A stretch of DNA of 64,000 nucleotides from an uncultured archaeon. Lineage in GTDB: Archaea; Halobacteriota; Methanosarcinia; Methanosarcinales; Methanoperedenaceae. Below, one piece after another: positions 40,285-50,385 of this stretch. Both the position numbers and the translations under genes were made by a program. Each line of letters opens with the position of its first letter. Within the stretch, counting starts at the first letter, position 1. The stretch covers positions 312 through 64,311 of the forward strand of contig CABMCA010000002.1 of assembly GCA_902384525.1 (NCBI GenBank). The letters are read 5' to 3'. The notes under the pieces are model-generated. The model was not told the DNA's origin and did not search any database. It saw nothing but the letters and a program-made list of their open reading frames with translations.

Positions 40285-41586
40285 TTAGTTAGCCCTTAAC
40301 TCTTTCATATGCTGAATTCTTTTCATGATGAGCTCATCTGTTCCGATATCACGCCTGCTGTGCAATTCTCCTTTCAAACATGACAGGCCGTCCTGGGCCT
40401 TCTTTTCTGCATCCCTGATAGTATCAGCAATCCCAAGGACAGCAAGAGCTCTTGAACCAGTCGTATATATTTTATTATCTTTCTCATACACGCTTGAATA
40501 GAAAAGAAGAGAATCTTTCATTTTATCAATTTCCACCACAGAATCCTTCACCGGATTATCAGGATAGCCAGAAGGTACTGCATACTTGCACACCGTTGCC
40601 TGTTTTTTAAATTTGACATTGATCTTATCAAGTGTCTCGTTAACGATATTTGAACAGACCTCAAGGAAATCATTTTCAAGAAGAGGCAGAACATTCATTG
40701 CTTCCGGGTCGCCAAAACGCGCATTGAATTCTATGACCGATATACCATAAGCCGTTGCCATGAACTGGCCATACAGGATGCCCTGGTAAGGAACACCTGT
40801 TTCTTTTTGGATTGCCCTCACTGTATCGTTCATGATTTTTTTGGCATCGATGTAATCGGATTCTTTCATAAAAGGCAAAATATCTTTTGAATCATTGTAT
40901 GAGCCCATCCCGCCTGTATTGGGCCCTTTATCGCCATCGAACGCCCGTTTATGATCCTGGACAGAAGGAGCAAATGCAAGGGTTTTACCATCCACGAATG
41001 CCTGTACCGTAAATTCCTCGCCAATCAACCGCTCTTCGATCACAACATCGTCATTTTTCAGGACTTCTTTTGCATAGTCCTTCGCGCCTTGAATGCCAAA
41101 ATGGTCTCCCATCACCCTGACGCCTTTTCCGCCTGTGAGGCCTGCTGGTTTTATCACGACATCACCCAGATCGTCGATAAATTCATCTGTGCCGCTTTCT
41201 CCCTTCCTGAAAACTTTAAAACCCGGACATCCCGGAATTCCGTATTTTGTCATAAAATCGCGGGTCCATGCCTTATCAAATTCGATCCGGGCTGCCAGGC
41301 GGCGCGGTCCTACGACCGGGATCCCGGCATTCCATAACCTATCCGAAATACCAGCCTCAAGAGGAGCTTCAGGACCGATTATGGCAAGTTCAATATTGTT
41401 TTTTATAGCAAAATCTACAACTGCCGGGTCTGTCTCCTTTATAAGCAGGAAATCTTTACATAAACGTGCTATACCGGGATTTTTCTTGCTCATAACGGCA
41501 AAAAGCTGTGGATTCTTAGAACTTCGGGCAACGGATTCTGCGATGGCGTGTTCCCTTCCTCCGCCTCCGATCAAAAGGACTTTCAT
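40285..41586 (-). CDS. purD: Phosphoribosylamine--glycine ligase
   Basis: [37 protein letters not shown]. Confidence 0.97.
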   Translation of the reverse strand: MKVLLIGGGGREHAIAESVARSSKNPQLFAVMSKKNPGIARLCKDFLLIKETDPAVVDFAIKNNIELAIIGPEAPLEAGISDRLWNAGIPVVGPRRLAARIEFDKAWTRDFMTKYGIPGCPGFKVFRKGESGTDEFIDDLGDVVIKPAGLTGGKGVRVMGDHFGIQGAKDYAKEVLKNDDVVIEERLIGEEFTVQAFVDGKTLAFAPSVQDHKRAFDGDKGPNTGGMGSYNDSKDILPFMKESDYIDAKKIMNDTVRAIQKETGVPYQGILYGQFMATAYGISVIEFNARFGDPEAMNVLPLLENDFLEVCSNIVNETLDKINVKFKKQATVCKYAVPSGYPDNPVKDSVVEIDKMKDSLLFYSSVYEKDNKIYTTGSRALAVLGIADTIRDAEKKAQDGLSCLKGELHSRRDIGTDELIMKRIQHMKELRAN

Positions 41587-41634
41587 AGGTATCCCCAGAA
41601 CGTGTCTAAAAATAAAAGAAACTTGAATATTGGT

Positions 41635-42201
41635 CTATAACAGACCCAATCCGTCAAGTTCAAGTACTATCTTTTCAACTGCTGCTTCAGCGTCTTCAGG
41701 TTTCTTTCCACCAGTTACTACAAGTTTACCTGATCCGAATAAAAGCATGACAACTTTCGGGACTGACAGCCTGTAAACAAGACCAGGGAACTGTTCAGGT
41801 TCATATTCGATATTCTCAAGTCCAAGGCCAATGGCTATGGCGTTAAGGTTCAGCACTCTTCCGAGATCGGCTGAGGCCACGATATTCTGTATCACTATTT
41901 CCGGTTTTGCTGGTATATCAACACCCATTGTCTTTAATTTATCAAACACCTTGTTAAGACCCACACCCACATCAGCAATACTTTTTGCTCCTGTGCAGAC
42001 GATCTTTCCGCTTCCGAAGATCAAAGCTGCGGTTTTAGGGTTTGCAGTCCTGTAAACAACACCGGGGAATCTCTCCTTATTATAATCCGCTCCTTCAAGG
42101 ACCCTGATAACCTCATTGAGGTCAAGTTTTGCCCCGATAGCTGTCGATGCAACCACATTTTCAATTTTTATAGTTTTCTTTGGTTCCGTAGTATTTACCA
42201 T
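41635..42201 (-). CDS. tbp: TATA-box-binding protein
   Basis: [31 protein letters not shown], two direct repeats. Confidence 0.96.
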   Translation of the reverse strand: MVNTTEPKKTIKIENVVASTAIGAKLDLNEVIRVLEGADYNKERFPGVVYRTANPKTAALIFGSGKIVCTGAKSIADVGVGLNKVFDKLKTMGVDIPAKPEIVIQNIVASADLGRVLNLNAIAIGLGLENIEYEPEQFPGLVYRLSVPKVVMLLFGSGKLVVTGGKKPEDAEAAVEKIVLELDGLGLL

Positions 42202-42329
42202 ATTCTCACGTTTATATAGGGTATTTAAAGCTTTATATAGGTTGGGGTACAATTCACCATATTATATTATAGATGCTCATATAATATTAAAATCTAAGAT
42301 ATCTTTAACTACAATGAACTTCTTAAAGG

Positions 42330-42405
42330 CAAGAAGTGGCGGGAGAAAATCCCGCAGGGATGTGGCCTGATAAGGCTGAACCGTAAAACTACACTGGAGA
42401 AAACA
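42330..42405 (+). ncRNA. Candidate structured leader of rpl15e (eL15-type ribosomal leader)
   Basis: Hairpins GCGGGA-gaaaa-TCCCGC (42339-42355) and GCCT-gata-AGGC (42365-42376) in the 5' UTR. Confidence 0.5.
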
Positions 42406-42993
42406 ATGAAATCAATGTACGCGTACATCAGGGACGCATGGAAAAAACCCGACGAATCGGATGTCGGTGAACTCTTATGGGAAAGGATGCAGGTTTGGAG
42501 ACGCGAACCGGCAGTAACAAGGCTGGACCATCCGACAAGACTTGACAGGGCAAGAGCCCTTGGTTTTAAGGCAAAACAGGGTATTGCAGTCGCACGCGTG
42601 AGAATAAGACGCGGTGGCAGGCGAAAATCAAGATGGCAGCGCGGAAGACGAACCAAGCACATGGGCGTCAATAAGATCACACCTGGAAAGAGCATCCAAA
42701 GTATTGGTGAAGAGCGTGTTGCACGCAGATTCCCAAATATGCAGGTATTGAACAGTTATTGGGTAGGCCAGGACGGCAAACACAAATGGTATGAGGTAAT
42801 AGTCGTTGACCCGAACCATCCTTCGATAAAGGTTGATAAGAACCTTAAATGGATGTGCAGTAATACTCAGAAAGGCCGCGTATTCAGAGGAAAGACAAGC
42901 GCAGGCAGAAAGGGCAGAGGCCAGAGGCACAAGGGCATAGGAACAGAGAAAACAAGACCCAGCCTCAGATCTCACGACAATACTGGTAAATGA
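42406..42993 (+). CDS. rpl15e: 50S ribosomal protein L15e
   Basis: [30 protein letters not shown]. Confidence 0.96.
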   Translation: MKSMYAYIRDAWKKPDESDVGELLWERMQVWRREPAVTRLDHPTRLDRARALGFKAKQGIAVARVRIRRGGRRKSRWQRGRRTKHMGVNKITPGKSIQSIGEERVARRFPNMQVLNSYWVGQDGKHKWYEVIVVDPNHPSIKVDKNLKWMCSNTQKGRVFRGKTSAGRKGRGQRHKGIGTEKTRPSLRSHDNTGK

Positions 42994-43409
42994 GTATACA
43001 TTATATCACTTTTCGGGCAAGCGTTCATGCAACCGAAAGTGATGACAGGGTAAAAACTGCCCTGTCACTTTTTCTTTTTGATAATAAAATTAATGAAACA
43101 CAGACCGAAGGTCATTTTGGCAATCCGATCACCTTACTTCAGGGACAGATCAAAGGTAAAGACTGCGCTCGTTTTATCGATATTTTAAAATCAAGTTTGC
43201 CAGAATATGAACTTGAAAAGTTAAGGAATGAACGGTGCGAGAGGATCGATGACGAATGCTGTTTTCATATCAGGTTCGATAAGCAGGCTGCTTTTGAAGG
43301 AAGGGTAAGGCTTGCAACAACTGCTGATACGATCATTGCAAAAATAAAGCTGAAAGCATATCCGGCTAATTATGAAAATGCAGTGGTTGCGGCGGAAGAG
43401 CTTTTCTGA
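42990..43409 (+). CDS. DUF54/COG1325-type predicted RNA-binding protein
   Basis: [26 protein letters not shown]; coupled to rpl15e. Confidence 0.8.
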   Translation: MSIHYITFRASVHATESDDRVKTALSLFLFDNKINETQTEGHFGNPITLLQGQIKGKDCARFIDILKSSLPEYELEKLRNERCERIDDECCFHIRFDKQAAFEGRVRLATTADTIIAKIKLKAYPANYENAVVAAEELF

Positions 43410-43644
43410 TTTGGCTGCATTCGATCGTGCACACCGCAAAGGGCTCAAAGATCGCAAAGCGAAGCTTGAAAATTTATATTAAATAGTTATGCTGCTAATT
43501 GGATCTAATTTTATTCATCAATAAGAATTGTAACTGTCTCTTTAATACACAAATAGCATACTCTTGTATCAAAAAGAAAAAGAGCAAGAAGCACCGCTCA
43601 AATAGATTATTATAACATTAATGACAAGAATAGTGGGAATAAAA

Positions 43645-45417
43645 ATGGAAAAGGGAATTGTAAAATTTAAAGATTTAATTATTGGGGATAGAATTTTCCA
43701 GATACCCGTTTATCAGCGTAATTTTTCATGGGATAAAAAACAATTGGAAGACTTATGGGACGACCTTCTTTATTTAGATCCCTACAAAAAACATTATTTT
43801 GGAACGATTCTAATGAAAAAGGCTAAAGAAGAGAAGCATGGATTGAAGACTTATGAAATCTACGATATAATAGATGGGCAGCAGAGAATAACTACTGTGC
43901 TAATACTTCTGAGAGAAATTATATCACACTTAAATAGCCTTGGCGATGAAACTGATGAAACCAAGGAAGAGCTAACCAAATTAGAAGAAGAATATTTAAA
44001 ATACAAAACCATCTATAAATTAGAATTGCTTGGGGATGACAACGTTTTTTTTCGCAGCTATGTTATAGATGATACGGAATATCCTGATGCAACATTAACA
44101 TCCTCGCAGAGAAGATTAAAAGAGGCTAAATTTTTATTTAGAAAGAAACTGGAGAAAATTGAGAAATCGGAAGCAAAGAAATTTGGAGATTTCCTCGGTC
44201 AATTTATAGACAAGATAGGCAATTTGGAAATAATAATATATCCAGTTGAAAATGATGCCGATGCAGCACGGATTTTTGAAACTGTCAATGATAGAGGCAA
44301 GCAGTTAACCAATTTGGAAAAGACAAAAAGTTTCTTGATGCAAATGGTATATTTAACTGTACCTAAAGAATCTGGAGATTCGACATCCTATTTAAGACAG
44401 ATAAATGATGGTTTTTCCAGAATATTCAGAGATTTTGAGGAAATAAGAACTACAGTAAGAGGAAAGGACTTAAACGAAGATGATATACAAAGATATCATT
44501 TTATCGTTTATGTATCGAGCGATATCAAGACTTCTTACAGATATTTGGACTTTTTGAAGGAAAAAATTAGAGGCTTTTACAGAGAAAATAAAGAGAAATG
44601 TTTAAACTTTGTTCTGGAATATACGAAAGATTTAGAAAAAGCATTCTTTGCATTAAAAGAAATAATAATTTACAAAAAAGATGACGAAATAGGAATTTTA
44701 TTCGATAAAATATATATTTTAGGAAGAGTAGCAAATTTTTATCCTCTCCTAATCGCTTCTTGGATTCGATTTAAAGACGAGCAAGAAAAAATAGAGAAGC
44801 TTTTAATGATAATAGAAATTTTTTCGTTCAGAGTATACAGCATAGGCAGGAAAAGGTCGGATGCGGGGATAAATTCAATCTACTCATTAGCATATGAAGT
44901 TCGAAGCAATAAGACGATGCATATTGAATTAATAAAAAAACTTATGAATATTATACATGAGTATCAAGGCAATAAAGAATTTAATATAAACCTAACCACC
45001 GAAGATTTTTATAATAGGGTTGATACCGCTGATAAAAAATATTTACTTTTTGAGTACGAGAAGTTTTTGAGGGAAGAGGCAAAAGAACCATTAGACATAC
45101 ATCTGAAAAACATTCTATCTGAAAAATTTGAAATAGAGCATATATGGGCTACAGACACATCAAAACTAAAATTAAGCGATGAATTAGAGGATATTCATGA
45201 ACAGTATAAAGATAAGCTAGGAAATCTAACACTTGCCTCTGACTCGTGGAATTCTAAATGGCGCAACAGTCCTTTTGTTGACAAAAAGGAAGACTACAAA
45301 GATTCTAATTTAAGAGTTCAGAGAGAACTTGCCAGTTCATCAGAGTGGGATGAAAAACAGATACAAGCAAGAGAGAAACGAATCATAGAGTTTATCTTCA
45401 AAAGATGGGAAGTTTAG
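43645..45417 (+). CDS. GmrSD-family (DUF262 + DUF1524/HNH) type IV restriction endonuclease
   Basis: IPVYQRNFSW, IIDGQQRITT, IFETVNDRG; C-terminal EIEHIWA...LGNLTL; AT-rich. Confidence 0.88.
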   Translation: MEKGIVKFKDLIIGDRIFQIPVYQRNFSWDKKQLEDLWDDLLYLDPYKKHYFGTILMKKAKEEKHGLKTYEIYDIIDGQQRITTVLILLREIISHLNSLGDETDETKEELTKLEEEYLKYKTIYKLELLGDDNVFFRSYVIDDTEYPDATLTSSQRRLKEAKFLFRKKLEKIEKSEAKKFGDFLGQFIDKIGNLEIIIYPVENDADAARIFETVNDRGKQLTNLEKTKSFLMQMVYLTVPKESGDSTSYLRQINDGFSRIFRDFEEIRTTVRGKDLNEDDIQRYHFIVYVSSDIKTSYRYLDFLKEKIRGFYRENKEKCLNFVLEYTKDLEKAFFALKEIIIYKKDDEIGILFDKIYILGRVANFYPLLIASWIRFKDEQEKIEKLLMIIEIFSFRVYSIGRKRSDAGINSIYSLAYEVRSNKTMHIELIKKLMNIIHEYQGNKEFNINLTTEDFYNRVDTADKKYLLFEYEKFLREEAKEPLDIHLKNILSEKFEIEHIWATDTSKLKLSDELEDIHEQYKDKLGNLTLASDSWNSKWRNSPFVDKKEDYKDSNLRVQRELASSSEWDEKQIQAREKRIIEFIFKRWEV

Positions 45418-45582
45418 CATCCACTGGCATCAAAGAATCAGCATTATACCATTATTATAATATTACTTCACTAGATATTTAGATAAATTGCCTCGTTAAT
45501 TTTTGATTTTTAAAGTTCATTTTCTTCATTCAATATATACTCTCTGAGCAAGGCATTATTTTCCCATTATTTTCGTAGTAGT

Positions 45583-45945
45583 TTAAAGGGTGGTTTGTTT
45601 AGACTTGATGCGTTCCGTTTCAGATTTTGTCTTCATTGATTGTATATTCTTCCTAATAATAGAAGTTCCATTTTTGAATGATAACGTCAATTCATCCAAT
45701 TTCTGTTCTATCTCATTGAGCCGTTCGTTTTCATCTTTTTTCTTCAGTAAAAACCATTCTTCAATTATAGCCTCAACCAAAGCACCCATATTAGTGTTCT
45801 GTTCGATTGCGGTTTTCTTCAAACGTTTTACCAAATTTGGTTTTGGAGAAACCATAATAATGTTTAGACTGTTTTTGTTACCTTTTTTCTTTTTAAATTG
45901 TTCTATTGGAATTGTAGATTCCTTTTTCACTAAATCACCATTCAT
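45583..45945 (-). CDS. Ribbon-helix-helix-like protein with coiled-coil tail
   Basis: IIMVSPKPNLVKRLKKTAIEQNTNMGALVEAIIEEW. Confidence 0.6.
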   Translation of the reverse strand: MNGDLVKKESTIPIEQFKKKKGNKNSLNIIMVSPKPNLVKRLKKTAIEQNTNMGALVEAIIEEWFLLKKKDENERLNEIEQKLDELTLSFKNGTSIIRKNIQSMKTKSETERIKSKQTTL

Positions 45946-45951
45946 ATGCTA

Positions 45952-46758
45952 TCACCCCAATAGTCCCTTTTTATCTAAGTGACCAACGACAAGAGTGTTA
46001 ACAAATACTTCTGGCTCCTCTCCTCTCTTAGAACATTCCTCCGTTATTGCTTGTGAAACCTTTGGAGAAAAGGTTAGGACAATACTTAGACCTTCGTTTT
46101 CAGTTTCACTAGGACCCGTAAGCAATTCATCTATATCATCAACTGTAGCTTCTGGATTTGCCTTGATAAACGCTAATACATCCTTTCTTATCGCAGGTAT
46201 CATCGTCGATAATTTCTCTGCAATATTAACCATTTCATCTTCAGATACCCTACTCCAAAGTAAATCGGTTGCCGCACCTTTTGGGAGCTTCTTTTCAGAA
46301 ACCATATCCTTGATTTTTTCTGGAATTGCATCGTACCCTGCCCAATTTCTGATAGTTATTAGATTCTTATGTAATTTCTTAGCAACAGCATCCCAAGTTC
46401 CATAAATACTCTTTAGATGTATTACTGCATTAGCTTTGTCCTGTGGGTCAATATCTTGGCGCTCTATATTTTCAATTAAGGAACGAATAACATCTTCGCC
46501 CTCATTCTCCTCTGTGATAAACGCTGGAATAGTTGGCCACCCAAGCTTCTTTGCAGCAATTGTTCTTCTCTGACCTGCAATAATTTGGTAGCGTTCTCCA
46601 ATCTTTCTGGCTTCAACAGGGTGTAATAGACCAATTTCTCGTAGGCTTTCCATTAAGCTATCTATTTCATCTTCAATATTCAGTTTTCTCACGTTAGAAT
46701 CGCTAATTATTACTTTACTCAGATCAATATCCTCAAGTTTTCTCATCTTGTTTACCAT
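45952..46758 (-). CDS. ParB/Srx-family protein (no adjacent ParA)
   Basis: SNVRK, GLLHPV, IIAGQRRTIAA, ENIER, central HTH. Confidence 0.85.
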   Translation of the reverse strand: MVNKMRKLEDIDLSKVIISDSNVRKLNIEDEIDSLMESLREIGLLHPVEARKIGERYQIIAGQRRTIAAKKLGWPTIPAFITEENEGEDVIRSLIENIERQDIDPQDKANAVIHLKSIYGTWDAVAKKLHKNLITIRNWAGYDAIPEKIKDMVSEKKLPKGAATDLLWSRVSEDEMVNIAEKLSTMIPAIRKDVLAFIKANPEATVDDIDELLTGPSETENEGLSIVLTFSPKVSQAITEECSKRGEEPEVFVNTLVVGHLDKKGLLG

Positions 46759-46823
46759 GAAAACAATACCTCCTTGTTTCTATACTTTCATTATTTAAAT
46801 ATTTTGTGGATAAAAAATATTTT

Positions 46824-47868
46824 TGTAGAGTCCTGAAATTATTTCGTCAGGATTTTTCTGCGAATTACAAGTCATCAGAGCCCATGGTGAAGATGACTAA
46901 CCGGAAGATCAAGTTAGGAATCGATTGGGTAATCAAAAAGGGTGAAACCGTTGATGAGGTAGCCAATACATTTGATGTCTCTTCAAGACGAATAGAGCAA
47001 TTAGTGAAAATCTTCAAAGAAACCGGGAAATATCCGATTTTGAATCCAAAAAGACGACCTAAAGTGCACCTTACAGAAGAACAGAAAAAAATAATAAAAC
47101 AAGCATACAGCGAATCATTTTTTGGTGCAAGAATGCTCAGGCACCATATACTAAAAAGATATAAACAAAACATTCCTCAAAATAAAATTCATGAATATCT
47201 TTTGGAAATCGGAATAGCGAAACCTGACCCTAAAAAACAGAAAAAAAGAAACCGATGCAGGTATGAGCGGAAGCATAGATTATCGTTGCTTCATGCGGAT
47301 TATATGGAAAATGAAGGAATTCATGTGATCGCCTTTGAAGATGATGCTTCCAGGAAGATCCTTTCAATTGGAGAATTCAATAATGCAACGACTGATAATG
47401 CTTTAGAGATATTGAAAGTTGCGGAACAAGAAGCTTTGGAGGCCAACGGGTTGATTCAGGCTATCAATATGGATAGAGGTTCACAATTTTATCCAAATAA
47501 AAAAGACAAGAATGGTGAAGCGGATTCTGTTTTTCGAGATTATCTTGAATCAAAAGGAATTAAACATATACCATCACGAAGAAACAATCCACAAACCAAT
47601 GGCAAGATTGAAAGGTGGTTTCAAGAATATCTCAAGCATAGAAATAAATTTAATTCAGCAAATGAATTCAAGGATTGGTATAATGATAGAATTCATGGTT
47701 CTTTGAAACTTGAATGGGGTGAAACTCCAAATGAAGCTTTTGTTCGAAAAATGCAGCCTGAAACAATCTTAGGACAATTTTTTAAGACTTTTGGATGGTG
47801 AAACAAAATATGAATGTGGAATCAAGGAATAACAAAAAAAATCAGCGAAAAAATATCCGGACTCTACA
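46824..47868 (+). mobile_element. IS481-family insertion sequence with a 15-bp target-site duplication
   Basis: TGTAGAGTCC...GGACTCTACA imperfect terminal IRs (5'-TGT...ACA-3'); GATAAAAAATATTTT at 46809-46823 and 47869-47883. Confidence 0.92.
46884..47801 (+). CDS. IS481-family DDE transposase
   Basis: N-terminal HTH, LHAD, MDRGSQF, PQTNGKIERW. Confidence 0.92.
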   Translation: MVKMTNRKIKLGIDWVIKKGETVDEVANTFDVSSRRIEQLVKIFKETGKYPILNPKRRPKVHLTEEQKKIIKQAYSESFFGARMLRHHILKRYKQNIPQNKIHEYLLEIGIAKPDPKKQKKRNRCRYERKHRLSLLHADYMENEGIHVIAFEDDASRKILSIGEFNNATTDNALEILKVAEQEALEANGLIQAINMDRGSQFYPNKKDKNGEADSVFRDYLESKGIKHIPSRRNNPQTNGKIERWFQEYLKHRNKFNSANEFKDWYNDRIHGSLKLEWGETPNEAFVRKMQPETILGQFFKTFGW

Positions 47869-48089
47869 GATAAAAAATATTTTTATCATTTCCCAAAAAA
47901 ATTTTCTACGTCTAAATATGAATAGCCTATACATCACGATTATTGAGTAAGAAACTTTATCCCATCCAAACCACCGATACAAATCGAAACCTTACCTAAT
48001 CTCCCATAATTCAAAAATGACCATTATGGAACAAAACCTTTATCATTTACCGATACAATTACGGGATGCCCCCATCAATGAATCAATGT

Positions 48090-48162
48090 GCCTGGGTGGG
48101 GTAGCTGGTTATCCTATGGGACTGTGGATCCTACGACCCGGGTTCGAATCCCGGCCCGGGCC
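48090..48162 (+). tRNA. tRNA-His (GTG)
   Basis: Acceptor GCCTGGG/CCCGGGC, anticodon loop CTGTGGA, T-arm CCGGG-TTCGAAT-CCCGG, discriminator C; CCA not encoded. Confidence 0.95.
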
Positions 48163-48265
48163 TCATTGTTTTTATTTAGAGCCCTGCATACTTTTTTTCA
48201 TTATCTGGTGTAGTTAAATAAATATTGTTCTCAATATCCTCTGAGAAGAGTAAAATCAGGACATA

Positions 48266-48343
48266 GAACACGGATTGGGCGGATTACGCGGATACGCGCG
48301 GATTATCCGTGTAAATCTGCATAATCAGCGTCATCCGCGTTCT
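48266..48343. repeat. Short palindromic element of about 9-bp CGGAT/ATCCG subunits
   Basis: AGAACACGGAT...GGAT repeats facing ATCCGTG...ATCCGCGTTCT. Confidence 0.6.
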
Positions 48344-48382
48344 GAGACTGATTGGAGATTTTATAGAAAATTAAGGCCTACA

Positions 48383-48455
48383 AATCCCGTTACGCAATTT
48401 ATCCTGTAAATTCCCGTTACGCAATTCCCTCATTTACTTTCCGTTACGGGAATTA
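48383..48455. repeat. Triple CGTTACG box array, exact 27-bp period
   Basis: Cores at 48388, 48415 and 48442; two read CCCGTTACGCAATT. Confidence 0.85.
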
Positions 48456-48637
48456 GATACAATATTTTTATTTAAACCTCTTATTTTAATTTATAGGGCA
48501 CGTTCTATAATCAGGCAAAGGTCATCTATCTCAGACAGCAATTACCAATCAGATATTTTTTTGCTTAAAAATATATTATGCGTTTTTGATGCAAAAATAC
48601 GGAAAAAGGGCAAAATTCAGCTAAAACTGCGTATAAT

Positions 48638-49525
48638 GTGGATTATACGCAGTTTTTATATACCCGAAATGCTAAAAATAGGGATATTATGCAAGATGAA
48701 CTTCCATTATCATTGAAGAAACTTGAAACCGAGTTAAAGCTTAGAGGATTTTCCAAGCAGACCTCGAAGATGTATCTCTTCTACAATCATAAGTTCCTTG
48801 AATTCATTAAAAAGAATCCGGAAGATATAAAGGACGATGATATCAAGGAGTTCCTGGCATCAAAAATGTCAGATGATTCGTTATCAAATTCCTCGATCGC
48901 CCTCATAAAAGCAGCCATTAAATTTTTCTATTCTGATATGCTCGGGAAAAACATGTCTTTGATAAAGACGCCAAAAGCAACAAAAGAACTGCCAGTGGTA
49001 CTGAGCCGCGATGAAATAAGAAAACTTATTGACAATACAAAAAACATAAAGCACAAGCTTTTAATTGAACTCCTTTACTCCACAGGCTTAAGGCTTTCGG
49101 AATGCAGCAACTTGCAATACTCAAACCTTGACCTGAATGACGGTATCGGCTGGGTGCGCCTGGGAAAAGGATCAAAGGACAGGATATTCATTATTTCAGA
49201 ATTGTTCAGGAAAGACCTTCTGACCTATATGGAAAAAACGGGCACCAATGGTAAAGGATACATTTTTTCTGTAAATGGCAGGAAAATGTCTCCGCGCGGT
49301 CTTCAGCACGCTATAAAAGTATCTGCTGTGCGCGCCGGCATCGAGAAACCCGTGCATGTGCACACGCTCCGGCATTCTTTTGCCACACATCTTCTTGAGA
49401 ACGGCGTGGATATAAGGAAGATACAAAAGCTGCTTGGGCACTCGAATTTACAGACTACGCAGATATATACTCAGGTTTCAAGTGATGAGATTAAGAAAAT
49501 CAAAAGCCCTCTGGATATGCTTTGA
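48638..49525 (+). CDS. XerA/XerD-like tyrosine recombinase with N-terminal SAM-like domain
   Basis: STGLRLSE, GKGSKDR, HTLRHSFATHLL, LLGHSNLQTTQIY (all catalytic residues present); the ATG at MQDEL may be the true start. Confidence 0.92.
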   Translation: MDYTQFLYTRNAKNRDIMQDELPLSLKKLETELKLRGFSKQTSKMYLFYNHKFLEFIKKNPEDIKDDDIKEFLASKMSDDSLSNSSIALIKAAIKFFYSDMLGKNMSLIKTPKATKELPVVLSRDEIRKLIDNTKNIKHKLLIELLYSTGLRLSECSNLQYSNLDLNDGIGWVRLGKGSKDRIFIISELFRKDLLTYMEKTGTNGKGYIFSVNGRKMSPRGLQHAIKVSAVRAGIEKPVHVHTLRHSFATHLLENGVDIRKIQKLLGHSNLQTTQIYTQVSSDEIKKIKSPLDML

Positions 49526-49562
49526 GGTTATAAATAAATATACAATAATATATAATTTATTA

Positions 49563-49850
49563 CTATTTTATTTCGCTATGATGTTGTTCATACATCAGTC
49601 TTTCTTTTTCTTTCTTGAGTTCCATTTCCTTGCGAGCAATTGCTTTCATAGCTTCAGTAGGTTTATATTTCAAATTGATCCTGTGTTTTTGCTCCCTGGT
49701 ATATACAACATAACCATATAACAGGAATGCGAATGCTGCGATTGGGATCAGAAATACCCATCCGACAGTAAAACCTATAAACGCTAACCCTATCAATGAG
49801 GCAACTCCAAGTCCTAACTTCCTATTCTTAAATATTTCATTCGTATTCAT
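49563..49850 (-). CDS. Small membrane protein with charged coiled-coil tail
   Basis: Hydrophobic residues 12-50, then EMELKKEKERL; AAGGGGG RBS-like. Confidence 0.55.
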   Translation of the reverse strand: MNTNEIFKNRKLGLGVASLIGLAFIGFTVGWVFLIPIAAFAFLLYGYVVYTREQKHRINLKYKPTEAMKAIARKEMELKKEKERLMYEQHHSEIK

Positions 49851-49904
49851 ATCGAAGACCCCCTTTTATCACATTTCATATTTCTACTCGGAGGTAATAA
49901 TTGT

Positions 49905-50276
49905 TTCGTATGAGAACGAACTAACTATGTAATTTAATTTACATTTAATTGCGTAACGCGATTTTTTGGATTTATTCGCGTAACGGATTTAAAAAAATAT
50001 CCTTGAAAGAATCAGTTAGATAATATTTCCCATTTCAAATATGATAAGTAAGTGGGCAGAAAGGGGGATTATGGTGGTATATAAAAAATTTCTCTGCCCA
50101 CTACAATTCGTATATATACGAACAATAGTATTTATAGATTACGGTTGTTGTAAACATGAGTATTTATTCTGAATAGGAGGTAGTGGGCTTTTGGGATTTA
50201 TGGTGTGTAGATTGAAAAAAAATTTTTCTCGGCCCACTACAATTCGTACATATGCGAACTAAAGTATTTATAGTTT
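49905..50276. promoter_or_regulatory. Three TTCG-N8-CGAA boxes, two within a 136-bp-period duplicated promoter-like unit; plus a CGTAACG pair
   Basis: Boxes at 49905-49920, 50107-50122 (perfect TTCGTATATATACGAA) and 50243-50258; TATTTATA 6 nt after the last two; CGTAACG at 49952 and 49979. Confidence 0.75.
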
Positions 50277-50385
50277 ACTGTCATAATAATGATGAGCATT
50301 AATATATACACTGAATATCTGACCGGAACAAGCTAACATACCGTGACGGCATCTATATATATTCCCGTAACGCAATCAGTATAAT

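Noticed and set aside
48090-48162. attL/attR pair from integration at tRNA-His
   Set aside because: No second copy of the tRNA 3' half was found by eye within the window.
48383-48455. CRISPR array interpretation of the 27-bp-period repeats
   Set aside because: The conserved part is only about 12-14 bp, the spacers about 13-15 bp, there are at most three units, and no cas genes are in the window.
48638-49525. Integron integrase with attC sites
   Set aside because: The recombinase lacks the IntI-specific insertion between patches II and III, and the GCGTAAC/GTTACGC cores do not fit RYYYAAC/GTTRRRY.
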